A DNA stretch of 44,323 bases, from NCBI GenBank assembly GCA_000388065.2, contig KB932201.1; one strand, given 5' to 3'. Both the position numbers and the translations under genes were made by a program. Source of the DNA: Fonticula alba ATCC 38817. Lineage: Eukaryota; Protista; Nucleariida. This document shows, piece by piece, positions 22,387 to 32,637 of this stretch. How positions within the stretch are numbered: position 1 is the first letter of the stretch; every line of letters begins with the position of its first letter. The notes beneath the pieces are model-generated. The model saw only the letters and a list, made by a program, of their open reading frames with translations, made no database searches and was not told the DNA's origin.

Positions 22387-23620
22387 ATGATTCGGAGTGG
22401 GCGATCGGTCCCGGTTGTCGGGACTGTGAATTGTGCGCGTGCGAGATGGCCTTCTTCTGGTTGCACCCCCCGCCCGCCCGCCCGCCTTCCCCCCTGCGTG
22501 CTTCCCAGCACTGACTCCCTCTTCTCGTGGACGCACATCCAAATGCACAGTGGGCGAGTCCCATGCAGCCGGGCCTCCGGACTTCGCCCAGCTGGAGCGC
22601 CACTTCCTCGATCAGTTGTCGCCACTCTTCCGGGTGATCATCCCGGCGGCCGACGCGCCGACGATCTCCTCCCACACGAAGCTCACCTCGAGTGCGTGCT
22701 CGCCGTCCTTCCATGTGCCCTTTCTCTGCCCCCGCCGCGCCTTGATTGTCGGCCCTGCCTTGTCACGCCCTTACCCATGTGTCCCCCTGCTTGTGTCCTG
22801 GCTGCCGTCATCCCAGCGGCCAACACCCTGCTTGAGGCGGGCGCACCCCGGTGTGGCGACATCATTGGTCGCATCCACACCGGCCTGGGTGACTGCCTGC
22901 GAGATAGCCTGGAGCATGTCCCGCTGCCGTCCTCCGCCGACGAAGCAGCTCACACGCGGCTGCTCGATGCTTTCCTCTTGTACGCCCGGTCGCGCCGGCT
23001 TCTTTTCACTTCTCTTCCCCCCCCTTCCCGCGCCCCCTGCCGCCTCTTTTGCTCGGCCGACCTCTGCCTCGATCGCTCCCCTCATGCTCCTTCCCTCCCG
23101 CTCCCTCCGCCAATGCGAACCGCGGCCTCAGCATCAGCGAGACCTTTGCAGCCCGGGTCCGGCAGATCGGCCTGATCGTCCGGCCGCTGGAAATCCTCTA
23201 CCAGCGCAACATCTCCAATCGGCCCTTCGCCGACACATGCCAGGACATCTTGCGGTACGCGTGCTCTGGCCCCCCTCAGCGGGTCCCCTCCCCCGCCCCG
23301 TCCTGCTNNNNNNNNNNNNNNNNNNNNNNNNNNNNNNNNNNNNNNNNNNNNNNNNNNNNNNNNNNNNNNNNNNNNNNNNNNNNACATATGCTGACACCCC
23401 GACATCCTCGCGCCCCGACCGGCTCACCTGAACGGCCCGCAGACGCCACCATCCTCAACACCATTGTCGGTGCGTCCCCCGGCACAATGCCGCCCCTCCC
23501 CCGGCCACCGCACCCGCGGCGCCCTTCTAACCGCTCCCACGCCCTGTGCATCCCCGCCCCCCCCCCCCCCCCCCACATGCCCCCCACACGCACACACACC
23601 CACACACCCACACCCCTCCC

Positions 23621-23653
<33 letters not shown>

Positions 23654-26600
23654 TGCCCCACACACACATGAGCACTCGAAAAAGAGGCAACGAGCCGCCT
23701 GGACCCCCCCCCCCCCCCCCCCCCCCCTCGTCGCCCCTCGTCGCCCCTCTGCGCCCCCTGCCCTGCCTGGCTGCCTGCCGCCAGTGACATTCTCCTGGCC
23801 CGAGCGGACCTTTGTGCCGGCCTGGCCCGGGGACTGGGGCATGCGCTGAACCGGCTCCGGGACGCCGAGCGCCTGCACTTCCGACTCCACGTCGAGGGCA
23901 CAGCCGGGTCCTTTCTCCTGCCGCCGGACGGGGGGCCCGAGGGGTATCCCTTTGAGGTGGTCTTCCCCGGGCCACTGCCTGCCTCGGCCGGGGGCTCGGA
24001 CCATGTGGTGATGGCGGATGCCGATTTGGCGGACCTTCGGTCCGTGTGCCGGCGCCTGACCGCCGTCCTGGCGGGGCTCGGGCTCTTTGAGCGGGCCATC
24101 GCGCCGGAGGTTCTCCGCGCGACCGGGGTCTACCTGCAGGGGCTTCCCCGGGCGGAGGCCACCTGCCTCGGGCGCTTTCCCTCGTGCATCCAGCCTGCTG
24201 CCTCCTCGGCTGCCCCTGCCCACCAGCATGGGGGCAGTGCCGGGGGGACCCGGCTCTCGGGCGAGGGCTGTGCGCGCTTGGCCGGGCGCCTGGCGGCGGC
24301 CTTCTCGCGGGAGGTCCGCCGGGCCGCCGCCGGCATCGGCCTAACCCCAGGCATGGCGGACCGCCTGAGAGCCATCTTCAAGCAGGTGCTCGCGGCGCCC
24401 GACTGCCGGGCCACTCTGATGGAAGTGGGCCTGGACCTGATGCTGGTACACACGACGGAATGGGCTGCCTTTGGCCTTGCACGAATGCTCGCCTCTTTCT
24501 CTCGCTCTCCCTTTCTTTTCCCGGCACGCGNNNNNNNNNNNNNNNNNNNNNNNNNNNNNNNNNNNNNNNNNNNNNNNNNNNNNNNNNNNNNNNNNNNNNN
24601 NNNNNNNNNNNNNNNNNNNNNNNNNNNNNNNNNNNNNNNNNNNNNNNNNNNNNNNNNNNNNNNNNNNNNNNNNNNNNNNNNNNNNNNNNNNNNNNNNNNN
24701 NNNNNNNNNNNNNNNNNNNNNNNNNNNNNNNNNNNNNNNNNNNNNNNNNNNNNNNNNNNNNNNNNNNNNNNNNNNNNNNNNNNNNNNNNNNNNNNNNNNN
24801 NNNNNNNNNNNNNNNNNNNNNNNNNNNNNNNNNNNNNNNNNNNNNNNNNNNNNNNNNNNNNNNNNNNNNNNNNNNNNNNNNNNNNNNNNNNNNNNNNNNN
24901 NNNNNNNNNNNNNNNNNNNNNNNNNNNNNNNNNNNNNNNNNNNNNNNNNNNNNNNNNNNNNNNNNNNNNNCCCCCCCCCCCCCCCCCCGCAGTCTGGCCG
25001 GCTGCTGGATGGTGCACTTGTGGCCTTCCGCCTGTACCGCGATGTGGCCATGGTCGAGGTGGTCCGGCACTCGCTGGCATCGTACATTCGGATTCGCGGG
25101 CGGGCAACCCTCACCGGGGAGCCCTTCACCCGGGGCGGGCTGGTGCATGCTCCGCGAGCGCGACCGGCCGAAGACCCCTCCGGCTCGGCACCGGTGGTTT
25201 TGCCCCCCTCGCGAGCCTTCCTGCTGGAGGAGTTTGACAAGGTCACCGACCTGGCCAACCTCCGACAGCACGCGCTGTCTCTCTGTAATTGGCTCTTCGA
25301 CTCGCACCCCTCCTTGATCGGGGTCATCCGGGTGCGTTTCGGTCACGCACCCCGGCCTCTCTGCCCTGCCAGCTTGCTCCTCGCCCCGCCTCCCCCCCTC
25401 CTCGCCCGAGAGGGGGGATGCGCCCGCCAAAAAAAGAACCAACACCCTTTCTCCCCCCTCCCCCTTCCCTCGTCGTCGGGCAACCGGGCTGGCTTGGCAT
25501 GTGCAGAGCTCCTTCGAGTATCTGATGAACATCCACCCCGAAAGCATGGCCCGGCTGCTGGCCGAGTACCTGGACATCACGCTGTCCCCGGGGTCGGCCG
25601 CGCCGCCGGCCCACTGGGACTGGCCTACCTATGCGCTGGCCGCTCCGGCCGAGTTCGACACCGACCCGGCTCTCATCCTCTTCCGCTATCTGCAGGGTAT
25701 GTTCCCCTCTCACACCGTGCTGGCCTTGGCCAGATGCCTTTCTCCGCGCGCGCGCGCCCCCCTCTGTTACTCAGCTGACCCGTTGCACTGCGTGTCGGCA
25801 CAGCCAAGGATGTATTCGAGCAGCAGTATCGCCACTACCTCTCCCGGCGGCTGCTGACCAGCCACGAGGCCATTGAACGCAGCGAGCTGGCCGCTCTGTC
25901 CCTGCTGCGTGTCGGTGCGTACGGGCTCTCGGGCTTGCCGGGTGTCTTGCTTGCCTGCCCCTACGCTGGGCGCCCGTGTTGTCCGGCACCAGGCCCCCCC
26001 CCCCCCCCCTGCTAACCTCGCCACTTGCCGCTTCGCAGAGGCCGGTGAGGCTTTCACCGAGCAGCTCGACTCCATGATGGCCGACTTTACCGGCGCACTG
26101 GACCTCAACCGCAAGTACCATAAGGTGGGTCTTTCCTGCTCATCTCTCCATGCCCCTCCCCTCTCTCCCGGACCGGACCACTTACTTGTCTCGTTGCCGG
26201 GATCGCCACCCTGCCAGGAGTCGCCACGATCCCCGGCCCCGGGCGCCTGCGAGATCACTGTCCTTGCCGTTCCCAAGGCCTGGGCCTTGAAGTCCATGCC
26301 GACGTTGGCTTTGCAATTGCCAGCCTCGGTGCGCCCCTCCGCAGCATGCCATCCATGGGGCCTTGCGACCCTCAGCCAGCCAGCTGACAGACCTCGTTGT
26401 CGCTCTCTCCCCTTCCCCTCTCCCCCCCCCCCCTCCCCGCACCCTCCTTCCCCCTCTCTACCCAATCTGCCAGCTTCTGTCCCAGCTGGAGGCCTTTGAG
26501 GCGTACTTCTCCAACCCCCTGGCCCCGGCGTCCGGGAACACCGGGGACCTGGCCGGTGCTGCTGCGGCTGGTGGCGATGCCGCCGGCGCTGGCGCCCCCA

Positions 26601-27783
26601 CCAGCGGTGCCCCGGCGCCGCACGAGTACAAGCGTCGGCTGGTGTGGTGTCCCTCCAGCATGACGGTTTTGGCCGAGGCCACACGTTGGTGGGCCAGCCG
26701 GCCGCCCTCGCCCGAGGGGGCCGCTGACTCGCCATGCGGTCGGCGCTTGGCCCTCTCGCTGCACCAGGCCCTGGCATTGCTCGCCTTCAATGGCGGCCCC
26801 TCCTCGGGGGTGCTTTCTTTCGCGGACCTGCTTGCGCAGACCGGGCTCGTGGTGGAGGAGCTGGCGTTGGCCCTGTCGGGGCTGGCTTCTCCTCGCGCGG
26901 ATGAGCGCCGGCGTCCGCTCCTCGAGGTGCTGGCTGAGGATGACGGCGGCGGCGGTTCGGGAGCCCCGGCGGCCCGGCGCGCCTTCCGCCTGCATCCCGG
27001 GTTCTCCTGTGCCCGGGCGGCGGCCCCCCTGGACCTGTCGCGGGTGGTTTTCTCCTCGCCGGAGGCCGCGGCCCTGAGCATGGCCGAGGGGGCGCGAACG
27101 CCCTCCGGCCTGGCACACCACCAGTCGCCTGGGCTGGGATCCCCGACCGCCGGCCACTTGGCACCGGCGGCCGAGACGCCGGCTACCCTGGCCAATCTGC
27201 CGCCGGACCCGCTGTACGCCGGGGCCGACTTGGCGGGGGCTGCGTGGGCCGGGCCGGCGGATGCACTGGCCGCCTCGGGCCCCGGTGTGCCGGCTTCATC
27301 CGGCGTGTCGTCGGCATGCTCGTCCTCCTCCTCGCCGCTGCTGTCGGCCGAGGCGTCGGTGGACGCGATCGACTCCGCCGGCTCGCGGCACCTTTTCAAT
27401 GCCAACATCTTCCGGGTGCGCTCATCTCCCTGCCTCTTTCGACGTGTGCCTTCCGCACCGCCCTCCGCGCCCCCTGCCGCCCGCTGTTCTCCCCCCTCGC
27501 CGGACCTCCCTCTTCCTCTTCCCCTCTCTGCCTCTCTCTCTCTCACACACTCACACACACACACGCGCGCCCACGCCGCCGGGCCTCCCAGATCGACTCG
27601 CTGCTCTGCCGCATCATGAAGGCCGAGCGCACCCTCTCGCAAAGGGAGCTCTTCGAGCGGACGACCGCCGCGCTGCCGATATCCGTCCGGCCGGGGGACC
27701 TGCTGGCCCGGGTCCGGCACCTGGTGTCCCTCGAGTACCTGGCCATCTCCCCGGAGTCCGGGGAAATTAGCTATGTCTCCTAA
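22387..27783 (+). CDS. Divergent cullin (CUL3/CUL4-like), multi-exon, interrupted by two assembly gaps
   Basis: Spliced motifs SSFEYLMN..ARLLAEYLD, LFRYLQ|AKDVFEQQYRHYLSRRLL, EAGEAFTEQLDSMMADF, RRLVW, LSLHQALALLAFN..LSFADL..TGL, and a C-terminal neddylation domain IDSLLCRIMK..TLS..V.PGDL..R..L...EYL..YVS ending at TAA 27781-27783. The start at 22387 is tentative. Confidence 0.88.
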
Positions 27784-28054
27784 TGGAGGGGTGGGGGTGG
27801 GGGGGAGGGGGGTGCGCCTGCACGACTGAGCCCGAGCCCGGCGGCCGGCGCTTCCCAGGTCCCATGTCCCCGGTATGCTCTGGCCCGCGCCTGGCGACCT
27901 CCTTTGTCTCTCCGGCCCCTGGCGTGTCTCGGACCGGCTCGCCAGGGGGGCGGAGGAGCAAAAAGACCGGCCGCGCTCCGCACAATACACTCCGCATCTC
28001 CCCCTCCAACTACCCATCCACGCTTGCGCACATCGCGCCCGGGACAATGCCCCG

Positions 28055-28074
28055 GCGCGCGCGCGCGCGCGCGC
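28055..28074. repeat. (GC)10 alternating palindromic tract in the cullin-CDC20 intergenic region
   Basis: Read directly from the sequence. Confidence 0.9.
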
Positions 28075-28310
28075 CAGCCCAGGGGCCGGCCCCCGCCCCG
28101 TTCGAAGCCCCCCGTCCGCGGCGGCCGATCGGGCCGGGCGAGCATGCGATCCGTTGGCATGCCAGCCATCTTGATCGCTCTCTGTGTTTGTCCGGCAACC
28201 GGGCCGGCCGCCGGGGGGCGGGGCCGGCGCGAGACCGTTCTCGGCCCGGCCCGGCCCGGCGGGGCCTTGCGCGCGGTGGCCGGGGCGGGGGNNNNNNNNN
28301 NNNNNNNNNN

Positions 28311-28359
<49 letters not shown>

Positions 28360-28627
28360 GCGAAAGTGGATGCTGGAAGGAACATCGCCCGCGCGCGGCC
28401 CTGCTGGTCGACGGAGCCCGATCAGCAGCCCTCCTGGCGGAGCCCTCGGTGTTACCCAGGGGCCTGTACCCGCCGGCCGTCTTCCCCTCCTCCCTCCCGC
28501 ATGCATGCATGCCTTTTTGCCCCTGTGCCTGCCCCTTCTCCCCGCTTCTGCCCATCTCTCCTCTCTCTCTCTCTCTCAGGCTCTTGGTCTTCCTCCGCCC
28601 GCCCATCCGCCACTTGTTTGCCGATCC

Positions 28628-31600
28628 ATGGATTCGCCCGGGACGCCGCCGCCGCCCGGGCCTCCCTTCGGGATAAAGCGCCCAGGCGAGGCGTCACCCG
28701 CCGGGCCGGAGGCCAAGCGCCGGCGCGGCTCGACTCCCGGCTGCCCCCCTTCCGCCCCCTCCGGGCCATCCAGCGGCCCCGGTGACCTGCCGTCAAGCCC
28801 CCCCGGGCCGGGCGGGTCCTTCGGGCCGGCGACCAGCCCCGCACGCCCGCCGCCCTGGCTGACCCCTCGTCGGGGATCGGGCACGGACACCGCCCGATCC
28901 AGCCCGGGCGTCTTCTTTCCGGCGGGGGCCATCACCGGGCAGCCTCGCGGGCCGGCGCCGCCTGGCCCGGCCCCTGGTCACCGGCCTCCCTCGCCCGAGC
29001 CGGAGACCGCGGCCCTGATGGGTCGCCTGGCGCGCGGGTCGGTCACCCTCATGGCCGGGCCGCTGGTTGGCGCCTGGCCGGACGAGCTGCTGGCCATGGC
29101 CGACTCCCCGAACCCGGCCCTCCTGGATGCCACGGCGGCATCGGCCCAAACGCTGTCGGACATTCAGCGGATCCGCGCAATGCGACAACACTCGTACGCC
29201 CCCGGCCCCGGGTGGTGCTCGTCGCCGGCTCCCCCCGGCGGCCTGCCATCCTCCCTTCCGGCCCTGCCCCTCCCTGGCTGACGCCCTCGCCCTGCCCTTC
29301 TCGACCAGAAACTCCCTCAACCACATGCTGGCCTCGAGCTCCTCCCTGGGCCCGGATGTCTTCTCGTCGGATGGCCCGGACCCGCCAGCCACCGACCCGG
29401 AGGATCTTCTCCCCCGGAGTTTGGCCGGGCCGGCGGGCTTTGACGAGCGCCCGGCCCTCAGCACGGCCTGGGCCCCGGCCTCGCCGCCGACCGAGCGCCG
29501 GGCCCCGGTGGCCGGGTCCGTCGGCCCGGCGATGGGCCCCTCCGCCGGGTGGGCCTCCCGGCCGGGGGATTCCGGCCCGCGGCCACCCCCGGCGGTCGAA
29601 CCCGTTCTCATGCTCCATGCTTCGGGGATTGGGGTGCGCCGGTGGCCCGCTCGACGGCCCTCCCGCCCGGGCGCACAGCTCGCCTGCCTTGACTCCATCG
29701 CGGACACTGACATGCACGTGTGCATATGCCCCTTGCTGGAACCGGGACCCCATCCTCATGCATGCTCTCTGCCTCTCCCGGCCTCTCTCCCTCTCCCTGC
29801 CCTCTCTGCGTCGGCCCTGGCCCTGGTAGAACGACTACTACCGGTCCGTCATGTCCTGGGAGCCGTCGGAGCTGCTGGCAGTCGGGCTGGAGTCGATGAT
29901 CTTCGTACACGGTGTCCACTCGACGCGCAGCACGCAGCTCTTCTCGCAGGCAGCCCTGCCGCGCTGGTCGCCGGGGCTCCTGCCACACCATGCGCGCACG
30001 ATCTCCGCCGTGGCCTGGGGCGATGTGTGTGGCTCCCCTTCATGCTCGCGTGCCTCCCTACCCCTTGCCCAGCTGACATATCCCCCCCCCCGTCCCCTCC
30101 CGCCCCCCGGGCCTTTTAGGCGACCACCCTGGCCGCGGCCACGAACTTCGGCGAGCTGGTCCTCCTGCGCTCGGATCACCTGAACTCCAGCATGGCCCTC
30201 CGCGGGCAGGCGGCCATTTTGTCCTTCGGCCAGCCGCTGGACGGCCTGGTCGGGGCCCTGTCCTGGCGCGATGCCGGGCTCCTGTCGCTCGGGAGCCACA
30301 ATGGGCGCATTGCGTCGGTCGACCCGCGCGCCGGGGTCGGGCAGCCGGTTTTGCTGTTCGACCGCCACCGGCCGGGCTACTCGCCGGGCCCGGCGGCCAT
30401 CGGCAATGGCGGCAGCCAGGCCGGCGGGCACGCGCTCACCGTGTGCAGCCTGGCCTGGTCGCCGTGCGGCCGGTGGCTGGCAAGCGGCGGCAGCGACCAC
30501 CTGCTGTGCTTGTGGGACCCCCGGTGGCCGAGGCAGCCGGTGGCCCGAGTGGCCCGGCACCAGGCGGCTGTCGGGGCGCTGGCCTGGTGCTCGGCCGACA
30601 TGGTGAGCTCGAGTGCCGGGCCCCTGGGGCCCGGGCTGGCCGATCGCCTGGCCCCGGGCACCGAGTCGGCCAGCCCCTCGGCCGAGGACGCGTGGCTGCG
30701 CTATTGGGAGGGCCTTGCTGAGGCGGAGCATCCGGGCCTGGCCGGCGGCCTGGCCGGGCCGGTGCTGGCCAGCGGCGGCGGCGCGGCCGACCGGTGCATC
30801 CGCCTGTGGGATGTCCTGCGGCCGGCGGCCGGGCTGGCGGCCGCGGCGACCCGGTGGCCCGGGCTGGCGGCCGATCCCGGCCCGGCCGGCCATGTGCGCG
30901 AGCTCTTTGCCCTGGACACCGGGTCCCAGGTGTGTGGCCTGGCCTTCGATCGGTCCACCCGGCAGCTGGTGTCGGCGCATGGGTTCTCCTCCAACAGTCT
31001 CTCGGTGTGGGGGCTTCGGCCGGGGGTGCGCCGGCGCCCGGGGGCACGGGTCCCGGTGCCTGGCGACCCGGGCTGGGCCCCGGCCGCGCTGGCCGGCGTG
31101 CCGCGCCCGGTGCCGGTTGTGCTGGACCCGGTGACCGGCCGCCCGGTCGGCCGGGGGGCCCTGCTGGGGACGCTGCACCGGCTGGATCCGAGCCGGTTCC
31201 CGGCGCCGCCGGGCCCCGCCGGGTGGACGGCCGCTGCCCCGCTGGCGGGGCTCGGCCAGCCCAGCCCCCACCCCTCGTTGGACCACCACTTTGAGGTGGC
31301 CCCGGCCCATGGAGACCGGGTCCTGCACCTGGCCCTGGCCGGGGATGGCCGGCACTTCGCCACGGCCTCCTTCGATCGGAGCATCCGCCTGTGGGATTGC
31401 CTGGATGTGGCGGCCCGCGAGGGGGCGGCCGGCCGGGCCGACGCCCGTGCCGGCCATGGCCACACCCACCTCCCGGCGCACCATGGGGGGGCGGCTCCAT
31501 TCCGGTCATCGGGCTCGGTGGACATCGGCGTCGGTCGGGGCAGCCCGCTGCCGCCGCCGCCGCCACCGGCGCTGGACCCGGCGGCCGGGACCCCGGCCTC

Positions 31601-32192
31601 CCGCCACCGCCGCCGGTATTTGAGTGTCCCGCGGCCGGCCCCAGCCGCCGAGGTGCTTTTCTTCCCGGCAACGCCCTCTCCCCCGCGACGGCAGGATCCC
31701 CATCAGCCGCCGCAGCAGCCGCAGCCGCAGCAGCCGCAGCATCACCCCGATGGGCTGACGCCCACCGGGGAGGACGCTGGCGGGTCCGGCCGGGCGTCCG
31801 CCAGCCCGGCCACACCAGCTCGCCCGCGCAGCGCCCACCCCGGCCATGCACCGGCCCCCCACTCGGCCAGCAGCGACGAGGAGCACCCGGCCCTGGCGGC
31901 CGGCAGTCCCGAGCCCTGGACCCCGAGCACCACCGGGGCGCTGCTGCTGCCGCAGCCACCGGCGTCGCCAGCCTCGCTTGGCCAGCCCCCGGGGTCGGGC
32001 CCGGGGCAGGCGCTCGGCCCCGGGCGTCGACCCCGCCACATGCTCGTGGCCACGGTCGGCCCCGGGCCCACGCTCGAGGCCCCCTCGGCCGAGCGCCTTG
32101 ATCGGCCCGAGGCGTCCGGCTCGCCGCTTTCCTCGTCCAGTTGGCGGTCCGGGCTCATCCGCTCGGAGTTGCGCCACCTGCAATTCCGCTAG
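28628..32192 (+). CDS. CDC20: Cdc20/Fizzy-related (Cdh1) family WD40 protein, highly divergent; join(28628..29193,29309..29633,29830..30024,30120..32192), ~1052 aa
   Basis: LHASGIG|NDYYRSVMSW (cf. LDAP..DDYYLN..DW), VCSLAWS..GRWLASGGSD, HQAAVGALAWC, LASGGGAADRCIRLW, DTGSQVC, LVSAHGFS.N.L.VW and H.DRVLHLAL..DG. All introns are phase-compatible. Cdc20 versus Cdh1 cannot be resolved by eye. Confidence 0.85.
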
Positions 32193-32580
32193 CCACCCAA
32201 CTGCCAATGTACTTGTGTCCGCCATGCGCCGCGCTGCCTCGGCAGTGCCCTCCCCAGGGCCGGATGCGACCTGCGCCGGGTGGAGTGGGAGGCGGACCGT
32301 GGGGGCGGGGGGGGGGGNNNNNNNNNNNNNNNNNNNNNNNNNNNNNNNNNNNNNNNNNNNNNNNNNNNNNNNNNNNNNNNNNNNNNNNNNNNNNNGACCG
32401 GGGGACTGGGAGGGCTTGGTTGGCAGGTCGCGCCTGGGGCTTTTAGGGTGCCGGAAGCGCGCCGTGGGACCGGGGGCGCGATCTCACTCCCCCCCCCCCC
32501 TCCTCCTCCTCCCTCCCTTTGTGCTTTCCTTGCGCCCCTCTGCCCACCCGTGAGCCAGTGCACAGGCATACACCCACCCG

Positions 32581-32584
<4 letters not shown>

Positions 32585-32618
<34 letters not shown>
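32585..32618. repeat. (CA)n microsatellite just upstream of the ERCC6 start
   Basis: Read directly from the sequence. Confidence 0.9.
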
Positions 32619-32619
<1 letters not shown>

Positions 32620-32637
32620 CCCTATCCGCCCGGAGCC

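Noticed and set aside
22387-27783. APC2 identity, suggested by the neighbouring Cdc20-like gene
   Set aside because: Has the RIMK neddylation motif and the KDVFE..Y...L.RRLL cullin signature, which indicate a true cullin rather than APC2.
26458-31959. Long - strand ORFs (26458..28506, 29838..31484, 30436..31959)
   Set aside because: Overlap the cullin and Cdc20-like genes on the opposite strand; low complexity and run through gaps or homopolymers.
28628-32192. CSA/ERCC8 identity for the WD40 protein next to CSB
   Set aside because: The blade motifs (SGGG.ADRCIR, DTGSQVC, HGFS.N) are Cdc20/Cdh1-specific.
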